IMG/VR virus record: IMGVR_UViG_3300045988_144944
Source of the DNA: a virus
DNA length: 43,243 bases
Reading direction: 5' to 3' (one strand)
The notes beneath the pieces were generated by a model. The model saw nothing but the letters and a program-made list of their open reading frames with translations. It ran no database searches and was not told the origin of the DNA. This document shows positions 34,328 to 42,802 of this stretch, piece by piece; positions within the stretch are counted from its first letter, which is position 1, and the number at the start of each line of letters is the position of its first letter. Both the position numbers and the translations under genes were made by a program.

Positions 34328-35765
34328 TCTCTGTATATTCCTCTATTAACAACTCACTTTGTCCCCTTTTAACTTCCTCTATAAAACCCTGAAAGCCATT
34401 TTTATTAGCTATCTCAATTATAGATTTTAGTCTCTTTTCTCCTAAGCTTTCGCCCCTTGCAATTCTAAAAACTTTGACTTTAGGATTAGAAGCTATTATT
34501 AGTTTCGTTGCTACTTCCATTATTTGACTATCAGAAACATGACCTCTTTGGAATGGTATATTATCAAGAATTAAGCCTTCATTAGTGAAAGATAGCTTTT
34601 CAATTGGCAGTTTAGACCCTGAAATTAAAGCTGCTCTTTCTTCCTGTAAAGACTTCAATGTTTTTTCAACTTCGGAAACTTCCCGCTCTTTATTCTCCTT
34701 AACTTTCTTTTTATTCAAGAAATCAACTACTTCGTCAACTATCCGGTTGTGTTCTTCTGCATCTTTTATCATATCGGAGACACTCATTTCATCCGGCTTG
34801 TTTTCCTCAAATTTTTTCAACCACTCATCAGCATTTAATTTACATTGTTCGGCATATACCTTTTTTTCTTCGATCTTTTTCTTTTCTTCAATCTCAAAAA
34901 CTTTCAATTCTTCAATCTCATTTTTATACCTTGAAAGTATTTCTTTTTTTCTATTTTCAGCTTCTTGTATAGCTTTTTTATAGGCTTCTTCCGCATCATC
35001 AATTATAGAATAGATGTTATTAAGCTTGTTATTTATCTGCAATTTTAAGTTGTTGAATAATGAAGGAATTTCATCAATTTCTTTTATACGGGCATCTCTT
35101 GCTTCCTTTACTTTTTTGTATTTTTCAATCAGAAGAATCTGTGTTTTTTGTTTCTCCATTAGCGAAGATATATCCTTTTTTGTCGAATATTTCGAAACAA
35201 TTTCAGGGTTAAAATCATTTTTCAGAGAATCAAAAACAATAGTAGCACTTTTAAGCTCCCTATTTAAAAACGTCCTATTTTCTTTTAACTCTGCAACCTC
35301 TCTATCTATTTCGTCAATTCTATTTTTTACATCTTCCGGCAACAAGGCTTTTACTACTTCTATCTGCTTTCTCCTGCCTTCTGCACTTTCAGACCAATTA
35401 GAAAATTCGACAGCATCAAAATCTTGATAGCCGAAAATTTTCTGCAACATGGTAACATTATTTGTTTCTAAGCCTGTGTTTTTTTGCTTTATAGTCAAAT
35501 TCCCTCTCGGATTTTTTTCCGTAAAACTTAGCGATACTTCGTATTCTTCGCCATTATCCCCTACTATCATTTTCGCAAAGCCTTTCTTTTCTCCTCTGCT
35601 CAATACATTATCTCTACTTCCTGTTAATAATGCTCCGATAGCCTTTAATAAGGTTGATTTTCCAAGTTCATTATCACCCTTGATAAAATACACATTACCT
35701 TCAAAATCGGCTTTAAATTCTTTTATCACTTGGAAATTAAGTAACTCTATCTTTTTTATAATCAT
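34314..35765 (-). CDS. SMC/Rad50/SbcC-like AAA ATPase
   Basis: The N-terminus MIIKKIELLNFQVI...IKGDNELGKSTLLKAIGAL carries a Walker A motif, followed by a long K/E coiled-coil middle region. The start is moved to the ATG at 35765 because the track start at 35801 lies inside a hairpin. Confidence 0.65.
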   Translation of the reverse strand: MIIKKIELLNFQVIKEFKADFEGNVYFIKGDNELGKSTLLKAIGALLTGSRDNVLSRGEKKGFAKMIVGDNGEEYEVSLSFTEKNPRGNLTIKQKNTGLETNNVTMLQKIFGYQDFDAVEFSNWSESAEGRRKQIEVVKALLPEDVKNRIDEIDREVAELKENRTFLNRELKSATIVFDSLKNDFNPEIVSKYSTKKDISSLMEKQKTQILLIEKYKKVKEARDARIKEIDEIPSLFNNLKLQINNKLNNIYSIIDDAEEAYKKAIQEAENRKKEILSRYKNEIEELKVFEIEEKKKIEEKKVYAEQCKLNADEWLKKFEENKPDEMSVSDMIKDAEEHNRIVDEVVDFLNKKKVKENKEREVSEVEKTLKSLQEERAALISGSKLPIEKLSFTNEGLILDNIPFQRGHVSDSQIMEVATKLIIASNPKVKVFRIARGESLGEKRLKSIIEIANKNGFQGFIEEVKRGQSELLIEEYTESEQA

Positions 35766-35774
35766 ATCTTTATA

Positions 35775-35801
35775 TTTTAAAATGCGGGCAAACACCCGCA
35801 T
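35775..35801 (-). terminator. Weak intrinsic terminator or attenuator
   Basis: Minus strand reads ATGCGGG-TGTTTG-CCCGCAT (7-bp stem) followed by TTTTAAAA, a short T-tract. Confidence 0.35.
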
Positions 35802-35805
35802 TTAA

Positions 35806-36024
35806 TTAATAATCATTTTTACACATCCATTTTAAGTTATCTAAATCTTTTCTTCTTGGTTCAATTGCATTTTTTGTAGCATCAATTATCTCCATGTCTG
35901 TAACCAAAGTTGACCACCTTTTGCCCGTTGTCGGTGAAGTGTAAGTAACCAGATATTGACCATAACCTCTCATTTCAAAACTGAAATCACTAATGTTTGT
36001 TTTAACTTTTCTTTTGTCTCTCAT
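35806..36024 (-). CDS. Hypothetical protein
   Basis: 72-aa ORF, the first gene after cassette D. Confidence 0.5.
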   Translation of the reverse strand: MRDKRKVKTNISDFSFEMRGYGQYLVTYTSPTTGKRWSTLVTDMEIIDATKNAIEPRRKDLDNLKWMCKNDY

Positions 36025-36045
36025 TTTCTTAAAATTTTAGTTGTT

Positions 36046-36240
36046 TATTTTGATATGACAAATATACAGCTTATTTTTATTTTACCAAAAGAATAGCTTA
36101 TTATTTAATGCTAATTAACAAAAAGTTTTGCTTGGGGGGGGCAAAAGTTATTATTTTGATCGAATTTTCGATTTAAGGAACTTTCTTCAGACTGCTTGGT
36201 ATCTTATCCAAAAGAAAAAGAAAGTGCCGGAAATAGGCTA
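36046..36240 (-). repeat. Intergenic cassette copy D (read-through-type upstream end, agcat patch allele)
   Basis: It aligns with copy B over 195 bp. It contains the TAG stop of the methyltransferase gene at 36238-36240. Its two private SNPs are c>t in the promoter spacer and c>t in gcttggYatc. Confidence 0.9.
36059..36089 (-). promoter_or_regulatory. Bacteroidetes-type promoter (TTTG-N19-TATATTTG)
   Basis: Plus caaatata at 36059-36066 and caaa at 36086-36089, with a 19-nt spacer. Confidence 0.75.
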
Positions 36241-37197
36241 AAAATCTAATTTCAAATTAATCTTCTCATTATTTATTCGCCCATTTGCGATATCGAAATA
36301 TTTTTTGTCAATTTCATAACCTATAAATTTTCTTCCTTCTAAAATAGCGCATTTACACTCTGTGCCACTACCGGCAAATGGAACAACAATTAAATCATCT
36401 TTATTTGTCAATGTCGTTATCAACGCTCTTGTAAGCATTTCAGGCTTTACAGTCTCATGATCTATATTTCTACTCTTAACATGTTCGTTTTTAAAATGAA
36501 GAATTTCATTTAAGGAAAGATGATTATTGAATACACGTGTTTTTATGCTCTTTTTTAAGCTTTCATAATCTGACAACACTTTTGAGTAATCTTCATCTAT
36601 ACACAAAATAGATTGTAAAATTTTCCATTGCTTCGAATTTGGAATATTATACCCTTTCTCCCAATTCGTCACCTGTCCGCCATGATTAACATTTTTATAA
36701 AATTTACCTTGTTCCGCAACTTCATTTATCGACAATTTTCTAATTTCTCTTTGTCTTTTAATGATTATTGAAAATGGATTTTTTTCAGAAAAGTTTTTCA
36801 ACAAATGTTCTAAAGTGCTCATTTTTGAATACATTAAAATTCGCTCTGTACAAGGAGCGAATTTCCTTAACAAAGGACTATTTTTCAAATTCATAAAGTC
36901 CCCTTTATCCCAGACTAAATTATTCAACAAATGAAATTTTTTATCTAAAATAATTTGTGTATAAGCTATTTTATTTGAGCTTCCATACCAAAGAAGCGTA
37001 CCACTGTCACTCAAAATTCGGAAACATTCATTTGCCCATTTTTCGACATCTACAAGATAAGATTCAAAGCTATTCCATACAAAGTCAAATTTCCCTTTTG
37101 TTTTAAAATATGGCGGGTCAGCAATTATCAAATCTGCAACACTTTCTTTTAAATCATTATCTAAAAAATCGGAATTATACAACTTGTTATATATCAT
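36238..37197 (-). CDS. DNA methyltransferase (N6A/N4C, beta-class motif order)
   Basis: Motif IV LIIADPPYF lies near the N-terminus and motif I VVPFAGSGTECKCAILEGRKFIGYEID near the C-terminus. No adjacent restriction endonuclease was seen. Confidence 0.8.
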   Translation of the reverse strand: MIYNKLYNSDFLDNDLKESVADLIIADPPYFKTKGKFDFVWNSFESYLVDVEKWANECFRILSDSGTLLWYGSSNKIAYTQIILDKKFHLLNNLVWDKGDFMNLKNSPLLRKFAPCTERILMYSKMSTLEHLLKNFSEKNPFSIIIKRQREIRKLSINEVAEQGKFYKNVNHGGQVTNWEKGYNIPNSKQWKILQSILCIDEDYSKVLSDYESLKKSIKTRVFNNHLSLNEILHFKNEHVKSRNIDHETVKPEMLTRALITTLTNKDDLIVVPFAGSGTECKCAILEGRKFIGYEIDKKYFDIANGRINNEKINLKLDF

Positions 37198-37394
37198 ATA
37201 AACAACTTAATTTGTCTATTATCTAAATTATTAACAACCTTATCAACAAGTTTTTCCCACTTTTCAACTGTTTCAAGGCTTTTAACATTTTGGAAATGTT
37301 TATATCTCCTTTGATTATGCCGCATTTGTTTTACCATTTCGACAAATATTTCAAAAGTAACTTCTTTTATATTTTCTGCTTCCTCTATTCCCAT
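37194..37394 (-). CDS. Hypothetical protein
   Basis: 66-aa ORF with 4-nt and 10-nt overlaps with its neighbours. Confidence 0.45.
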   Translation of the reverse strand: MGIEEAENIKEVTFEIFVEMVKQMRHNQRRYKHFQNVKSLETVEKWEKLVDKVVNNLDNRQIKLFI

Positions 37395-37939
37395 ATTTTC
37401 ACACTACTTTCATTTTTGACATTCAAGTTTTCTTTTACCCATTTCAAATCATTTAGTAAAACAACTCTACCAAAGTGCATCAGTAGAATAGCATCAGAGT
37501 TCCAAAGCGTTACGTTTACTTCTGGATATAAATTTTGAGCTACTTTTTTATATCTATTTTTCCGATCTTTTTTTGCTTCACTCCAATGTCCACGCAATTT
37601 TAATTGGCTTTGCCACTTCAAAGGATGAACTAAACAAAAAGGAATGTTTGAAAGCGTTATAATTGCTTTTAAATGCTCAAAATTCTGCATCATCTTTTGA
37701 ATTCGATACAATTTACCCATGTTTATTTGTCCTTCCTCAACACTTATATCATCCATTCTTACAGACACTCTTTCTAAGAAAATAATAGGACTTGCGATTT
37801 CTTTCATATAAGAAAGAAAATTGTTTATTTCATCTAAATTTTTAGGCATTTTATTCGTTTTTATACCCATTTCCGGTCGCCAAATAGAAATACCTCCACT
37901 CGCTCCGGGATCAATGCCTATCACACAGTTAATTTTCAT
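37385..37939 (-). CDS. RuvC-like Holliday junction resolvase (putative)
   Basis: The N-terminus MKINCVIGIDPGASGGISIW matches the RuvC/RNase H-fold first acidic motif (iGIDPG..G). Confidence 0.55.
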   Translation of the reverse strand: MKINCVIGIDPGASGGISIWRPEMGIKTNKMPKNLDEINNFLSYMKEIASPIIFLERVSVRMDDISVEEGQINMGKLYRIQKMMQNFEHLKAIITLSNIPFCLVHPLKWQSQLKLRGHWSEAKKDRKNRYKKVAQNLYPEVNVTLWNSDAILLMHFGRVVLLNDLKWVKENLNVKNESSVKIWE

Positions 37940-38823
37940 AATTGTATCTCCTCTTTACACATTAATTCAAAAACACGCTTTATTTCTTTTCTTCTCGCTA
38001 TTTTATAAACAAGGTTATCTAATTCTTTACATTCCTTGCCAACATTCCGAACATAGGCTGCTGTAAATTTATTAACCAACCCGGACGAAGCTCTACTTAA
38101 AAATTCGCAAAAAGCCTCTTTTCTATCTTCTTCTTTATCAAGATTTATACCTTCGGAGAGACCTCTCCGACATAACCATTCATAAACAAACATTTCATCG
38201 AAAAAATCAAGCTCAAAAACACCTTTGTATTTAAATTTAAGGAACACATGACGGCATCTATTTTTTATATTTTCGCTTTCTTTTACGTTACTTATAAGCT
38301 TATTTTCAGACTTATTTAACTTGTTATAAACATGTGATATTACACTGTTTTTTTTCGCTAAATAAGCGTTTAAAACACGTGAAAAATAATCAATGTTGAA
38401 ATTCTGGTAATGGCTTTTATCTGCATTTCCTGCCTTGTCTTTCGGTAAATAGTTATTTAATTCCCCTATCAACAAAAATTCAAAAGCAATTTTTATTTCG
38501 CTTAATGATAGTGTAGAAAAATATTTTTTTAACATGTCTAACAACCTCGTACAAGTGTACGACCAAATACTCACATCATCTGGTATATTATACCCAACAT
38601 CGAAAGCTATATAGCGAAAAAGGCTTCTTGTTTTTTCAATGAGAACATTATCTGGAATTTCTGCAATTGGCGTTTTAACAGATGCATTTAGTATTTGTTT
38701 CTCTATGCTTGAACAAACGTTATATTTTGCATCATAGTTAACAATTTTTCTTCTTACATCGATAGCCTTAATATTTCCGCTATTATTCCTGAATAAAGTT
38801 ATATCACTCATTTTCAAAATCAT
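37936..38823 (-). CDS. Hypothetical protein; possible replisome-loading partner of the initiator, by position only
   Basis: 295-aa ORF overlapping the end of the initiator-like gene. No Walker motif was seen. Confidence 0.3.
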   Translation of the reverse strand: MILKMSDITLFRNNSGNIKAIDVRRKIVNYDAKYNVCSSIEKQILNASVKTPIAEIPDNVLIEKTRSLFRYIAFDVGYNIPDDVSIWSYTCTRLLDMLKKYFSTLSLSEIKIAFEFLLIGELNNYLPKDKAGNADKSHYQNFNIDYFSRVLNAYLAKKNSVISHVYNKLNKSENKLISNVKESENIKNRCRHVFLKFKYKGVFELDFFDEMFVYEWLCRRGLSEGINLDKEEDRKEAFCEFLSRASSGLVNKFTAAYVRNVGKECKELDNLVYKIARRKEIKRVFELMCKEEIQL

Positions 38824-39721
38824 TTAAAAAATCCATTGCGCCAACGACATTTATTTTTTTACCTTCATGTTTAAAATCTTGCTTTAAATGCAACTTTCCT
38901 CTTTCAGAATCTCCCCTAATGAAATTTCTAATTGTTGCAACCCAACCCCTCTTTGTCCTCTTTACGCCTTGCTTCGTGTCTGACCAATCGCACACAGCGT
39001 TAAAGTAGTAGATTAAATCTATTTTTTTGAACTCCTCACCATTGAACATTTTTTCAAAATCTGAAAAATCCGGCTTGCCATTTTCATTTTTAACGCTTTT
39101 GTAAACTTCCGAATTTCGAAAAATGGTTGTTCTTTCTTTTATTTCTTTTTCGTGCGTTATGGTGCAAATTTCATTTGCGCCATTATTATTTATAGTATCT
39201 ATATTTATAGTATCTATATTATATGGAGTTACGTTTTGTAACCCGCTCTGGGTTACGTTTTGTAACCCGCTCTGGGTTACGTTTTGTAACCCGCTCTGGG
39301 TTACGTTTTGTAACCCGCTCTGGGTTACGTTTTGTAACCCGCTCTGGGTTACGTTTTGTAACCCGCTCTGGGTTACGTTTTGTAACCCGCTCTGGGTTAC
39401 GTTTTGTAACCCGCTCTGGGTTACATTTTGTTCGTCTAAAGAGTCATAATTGAACCTATAAAAGCATTTCTTTACAGCCGCATTAACATGCTTCTCGTAT
39501 TTTTCAATTATTCCCGCTTCGACTAATTTTTTCAACTTGCAGATAACATTCTTTCTATCTATCCCCACCCAATCGGCAATATAATCGATAGAGCCATTAA
39601 ACCAGGCATTTCCTTCTTGTGTGTGTCCGAGAATAAGAGCTGTTATTAACAGCTCACTATTTTTCAATTTAAGCTTATTTCTTAAATATCCCGGAACAAT
39701 CAAATAACTTTCATCTCTCAT
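38804..39721 (-). CDS. Replication initiator-like protein (N-terminal winged HTH, internal 8x GLQNVTQS repeat)
   Basis: The N-terminus (LITALILGHTQ...GSIDYIADWVGIDRKNVICKLKKLVEAGII) looks like a wHTH. The gene body contains the iteron array, an arrangement analogous to lambda O and its ori. Confidence 0.55.
   Translation of the reverse strand: MRDESYLIVPGYLRNKLKLKNSELLITALILGHTQEGNAWFNGSIDYIADWVGIDRKNVICKLKKLVEAGIIEKYEKHVNAAVKKCFYRFNYDSLDEQNVTQSGLQNVTQSGLQNVTQSGLQNVTQSGLQNVTQSGLQNVTQSGLQNVTQSGLQNVTQSGLQNVTPYNIDTINIDTINNNGANEICTITHEKEIKERTTIFRNSEVYKSVKNENGKPDFSDFEKMFNGEEFKKIDLIYYFNAVCDWSDTKQGVKRTKRGWVATIRNFIRGDSERGKLHLKQDFKHEGKKINVVGAMDFLNDFENE
39191..39220. repeat. AT-rich 15-bp direct repeat x2 (tatagtatctatatt), a possible DNA unwinding element
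   Basis: Two perfect copies lie 7 nt from the iteron array. Confidence 0.6.
39228..39443. repeat. Iteron array: 8 perfect 24-bp repeats plus one degenerate copy (putative origin of replication)
   Basis: The unit gttacgttttgtaacccgctctgg is read eight times head to tail at 39228-39419. Each unit contains the dyad GTTAC-N5-GTAAC. A ninth copy at 39420-39443 is diverged. Confidence 0.6.
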
Positions 39722-39762
39722 AATTAAAATGTTTAAAACCTTTGCGAATATAGGAATTACTT

Positions 39763-40464
39763 TTATTTGTTCAAAATATTATTCTTGAAAGAATCTTTTA
39801 ATTTATTAACATTGTCCTCGCTTTCATTCGGAACAATAGACACTATCGGGTAAACACTCTTATCATCTGGCTTTTGAGAAGTCGCAAATTTAACATTCAT
39901 ATCAAAAATAATTCCTTTAACAAACCCTCTCCCGTTCAACATCTCATCAAAAACATTTCTAATATTGGGAATAGAGGATAAATAACCTTTTGTTTCAAAA
40001 CTCCATAATCCTATTACTCCCCTAATTAAGGGAATTAAAAAATTTATTTTTAATGTAATATCCCAACCTTTATAATCATTTTTTGCCTTTCTATTCGGAT
40101 ATTTTTCAGAAATAATTTCCATTATATCGGGATATTTCGCAATTGAAATTTCCGAATACTTTTGCCCCCCCCAAACATTAAAAATTTCACCGTCACCGAA
40201 AGCAATTAATTTTCCTTTATCATCCCGGTATTCGTATCTTTCAATACATGCTTCCTTAGCATCATCAGAAATAAAAACAATTTGAATGGTATTAGGCTTA
40301 TCTCCGTAAACCCTTTTAAAAAGCTCGGAGTACTTGCCAGAAGGAACAAAATAATCAACTCCTTTCGGATAGCCTTTCTCCGTTTTTATTCCAACTTTTA
40401 TTTTTCCGATAATCGGGAAAGACAATCTTTCTTCTGCAACATTTCTTTTTATCCTTCCATTCAT
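39763..40464 (-). CDS. Hypothetical protein; candidate single-strand annealing partner of the exonuclease, by position only
   Basis: 233-aa ORF with a 4-nt overlap with the exonuclease gene. No motif was confidently recognised. Confidence 0.3.
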   Translation of the reverse strand: MNGRIKRNVAEERLSFPIIGKIKVGIKTEKGYPKGVDYFVPSGKYSELFKRVYGDKPNTIQIVFISDDAKEACIERYEYRDDKGKLIAFGDGEIFNVWGGQKYSEISIAKYPDIMEIISEKYPNRKAKNDYKGWDITLKINFLIPLIRGVIGLWSFETKGYLSSIPNIRNVFDEMLNGRGFVKGIIFDMNVKFATSQKPDDKSVYPIVSIVPNESEDNVNKLKDSFKNNILNK

Positions 40465-41663
40465 AGTTCTATATCATTTTCTAACAAATCAGAAATTTCA
40501 TCATTAGCCATTTTAGAGCCATTTAAGACACTTTCTTTGCTTTCCCCTATACTTTCCTTGCTTTCGTCTTTTTTATTTCGTTTTGGCGTTCTTTTGGGCT
40601 TTATTTCGCTTTCTTTTTGCTGTTGTTCTATTTCTTCCTCTGAAAAACTTATTTTTTCATCCGGGCAATTAATATTATCATCTTTTTTGCTAACAATTTC
40701 AGACAATGAAAGCGATATTACATTATTCGAAAAATCAACATCTTTGTCTAAATCAATAATTCCGGAAACATTTGTGAAAACATTTTCTTTTTTATCATCC
40801 TCTATCGCTGCAAGACCTAACAGATAAGGCATTTTATTCGCATTTACGCTATTTGTTTGATCTTTCAAGTTGTATGTAGGCTTTTTTCGCCAATCTTTCG
40901 GAGAAAAGTTAAAAACCTTCGTTATTTCCAAATTAGGAAAATTGTAATTCCACATTTCCTTGTAAAAATGCAATTGTATTTCCGCTTCCTCGTAAAAGTT
41001 TTTTCTTCCGCTTTTAAAATCTATTATGGCATTTATTCTTTTATCTCCTCCCTGCTTTTCAAGCATGGAACACGGCAAATCAATTGTTCCGGCATAATTT
41101 AATTGTTCGTGAACTAAAGAAATTTCAATTGCAAAAGGCTTTACATCGTAATCTAACACAAAGCGGGCAAAAGCTAACACATCCTTTTTAAGATCATCAG
41201 CGTAATAAATAAAGTCACTCGGCAAATGATTATCTTCTATATATGTCTTTAACCTATCTTTTAAGGTATCAAGATCATACCTTCTATTTATTAGAAGTTC
41301 TTCGAATGCAATGTGCATAAAAGTACCGTAATAGGCTCTTTCTTCCTTGTATCTTTCAGCTTCTTCATAGCCTTTTTCGGCTATCCATTTCATTAAAAAA
41401 CTTGATTTCGGCAATGTCTTTGACAAAATGGTTGTGACAGAGGGATAAAAATTCGGCAATCCTTCTTCATCGTAACAGAAGTAATATCTATAACCTTTGC
41501 TATTCAATTGCCACACTTTTTTCGGAGCTTCAATAAGCGCATTATCATCGAAAAACATTGCTTTCATTTCTTCAACAGTCATTCCCGGAAATATTTCCAA
41601 AGCTGCACTTATGTTTTCCGATACTTCCCCAAAATTTTCATTTAAAGTTTCTTTCTCTTTCAT
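40461..41663 (-). CDS. PD-(D/E)XK (RecB/Cas4/YqaJ-like) exonuclease
   Basis: Ordered motifs GTFMHIAFE, AGTIDLP, IIDFKSGRK and EIQLHFYKE fit the pattern H...D...(D/E)xK...QxxxY. The acidic/lysine-rich C-terminal tail is low complexity. Confidence 0.6.
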   Translation of the reverse strand: MKEKETLNENFGEVSENISAALEIFPGMTVEEMKAMFFDDNALIEAPKKVWQLNSKGYRYYFCYDEEGLPNFYPSVTTILSKTLPKSSFLMKWIAEKGYEEAERYKEERAYYGTFMHIAFEELLINRRYDLDTLKDRLKTYIEDNHLPSDFIYYADDLKKDVLAFARFVLDYDVKPFAIEISLVHEQLNYAGTIDLPCSMLEKQGGDKRINAIIDFKSGRKNFYEEAEIQLHFYKEMWNYNFPNLEITKVFNFSPKDWRKKPTYNLKDQTNSVNANKMPYLLGLAAIEDDKKENVFTNVSGIIDLDKDVDFSNNVISLSLSEIVSKKDDNINCPDEKISFSEEEIEQQQKESEIKPKRTPKRNKKDESKESIGESKESVLNGSKMANDEISDLLENDIEL

Positions 41664-41854
41664 TTCTTATTTATCCTTTTTAAATCATTAATTCCAAAAA
41701 CAACCATTACGACACATCCTACAAGAAAAAGTAAGTGTATAGGATTAAAAAAAGATGCTATAAGGGAAATTATAGCTAAAAAGCCAAATAAATAAACAAT
41801 CATTTTTGCCTGCATTTTGTCCGTTAAAAACCAATTAACGAACAATTTCAACAA
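41660..41854 (-). CDS. Small two-TM membrane protein
   Basis: 64 aa with two hydrophobic helices and a 4-nt overlap with the exonuclease gene. Confidence 0.5.
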   Translation of the reverse strand: MLKLFVNWFLTDKMQAKMIVYLFGFLAIISLIASFFNPIHLLFLVGCVVMVVFGINDLKRINKK

Positions 41855-41857
41855 TGT

Positions 41858-42088
41858 TTAATCTTCATAGCCAAATAAATAATTAGGTGATACTTCGCAC
41901 ATTTCACAAATAATCTCTACCCATTCAGGTTTAAAATACTTAGTTCTTCCGTTACAAAGACTTGTCATATTAACTTGTTGTGCCTGTTGAGAACTTTCAC
42001 TCCAAATTTTTTCTGCAATGTCTTTTTTGTAAACTTTTTTCCCCTTTGTTTGAGCCTTTGCAATAGCTTCATTAACTCTTAATCTCAT
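41858..42088 (-). CDS. XRE/Cro-like helix-turn-helix regulator (start revised to the ATG at 42088)
   Basis: KKDIAEKIW...NMTSLCNGRT...EIICEMCEVSPNYLFG has an HTH_3-like layout. The track start at 42118 is a TTG inside a TATATTTG box. Confidence 0.5.
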   Translation of the reverse strand: MRLRVNEAIAKAQTKGKKVYKKDIAEKIWSESSQQAQQVNMTSLCNGRTKYFKPEWVEIICEMCEVSPNYLFGYED

Positions 42089-42115
42089 AACTATTAATTT
42101 TAAATTTAAGTTCTG

Positions 42116-42123
42116 CAAATATA
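42116..42123 (-). promoter_or_regulatory. Possible internal -7 box (TATATTTG) for the HTH gene
   Basis: Plus caaatata at 42116-42123 lies just downstream of the terminator at 42144-42175. No TTTG was found at the -33 position. Confidence 0.4.
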
Positions 42124-42143
42124 AAGTTTTTTTTTTGTATTTA

Positions 42144-42175
42144 AAAAATCACCCTAACAAATTAAAGTTAGGGTG
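42144..42175 (-). terminator. Rho-independent terminator after the first three early ORFs
   Basis: Perfect 9-bp stem CACCCTAAC / GTTAGGGTG with an 8-nt loop, followed on the minus strand by ATTTTTTAAA. Confidence 0.65.
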
Positions 42176-42182
42176 AAAATTT

Positions 42183-42449
42183 TTAATCATTATACACAAA
42201 GACAATGTTTTCAAAATCTTTTTCTTTTGCAAGTCCTTGTTTTATTATTTGAAAATCTTCCTTTGTTACTTTATCTTTTTTATCGGAATAATTAACCACA
42301 CATTTATTTTGAAAAGCATAAAATATTATATTCCCGACATCTATACCTAATTTAAGAATAGCTATATGCACTCTGGTAGTTCTCATAACTCCTTTCAAAT
42401 AATCAAACTCGTAACTAATTTTTTGCTCTATTTCCTCTGCTGTCAACAT
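42183..42449 (-). CDS. Hypothetical early protein
   Basis: 88-aa ORF, third gene after cassette E, followed by a terminator. Confidence 0.5.
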   Translation of the reverse strand: MLTAEEIEQKISYEFDYLKGVMRTTRVHIAILKLGIDVGNIIFYAFQNKCVVNYSDKKDKVTKEDFQIIKQGLAKEKDFENIVFVYND

Positions 42450-42461
42450 AACTTTTATTTT

Positions 42462-42791
42462 TTAGAATTTATCAATCATTTCTAAGTAATCATTCGCAAA
42501 ATTGAAAATTTGGCTCTTTTCTTCCTCTGTAAGCTCATTTTTTACAAAAACCTCTTTGTCCCCTGAATGATCATAACAATCTAATTCGTTATACACTATT
42601 TTCGATATTTTACCATTGTTGAAATAAACAATGTAATTCACTGTGAAATATAGTTCCGAATACGGCGTTTTTAACTCAATATCCGTCTCAAAAGTAGTAT
42701 CTAAACATCTTTTTATTGTCTCGATATCTGTATTGGCGATAAAATCTGCAACAATGTACTTTAACAAAAACTTTTCTTCTACTCGTATCAT
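42462..42791 (-). CDS. Hypothetical early protein
   Basis: 109-aa ORF. Confidence 0.5.
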   Translation of the reverse strand: MIRVEEKFLLKYIVADFIANTDIETIKRCLDTTFETDIELKTPYSELYFTVNYIVYFNNGKISKIVYNELDCYDHSGDKEVFVKNELTEEEKSQIFNFANDYLEMIDKF

Positions 42792-42802
42792 ATTTTTTAA
42801 TT

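Noticed and set aside
39228-39443. CRISPR array
   Set aside because: The repeats are directly abutting with no spacers. They are in frame within a coding sequence, and no cas genes are present.
39123-39453. Plus-strand ORFs across the 24-bp repeat (39123-39449 and 39223-39453), and likewise 19108-19376 across the 39-bp repeat
   Set aside because: These are the same shadow-frame artefact of tandem repeats. They have no plausible starts or upstream signals, and they sit inside well-supported minus-strand genes.
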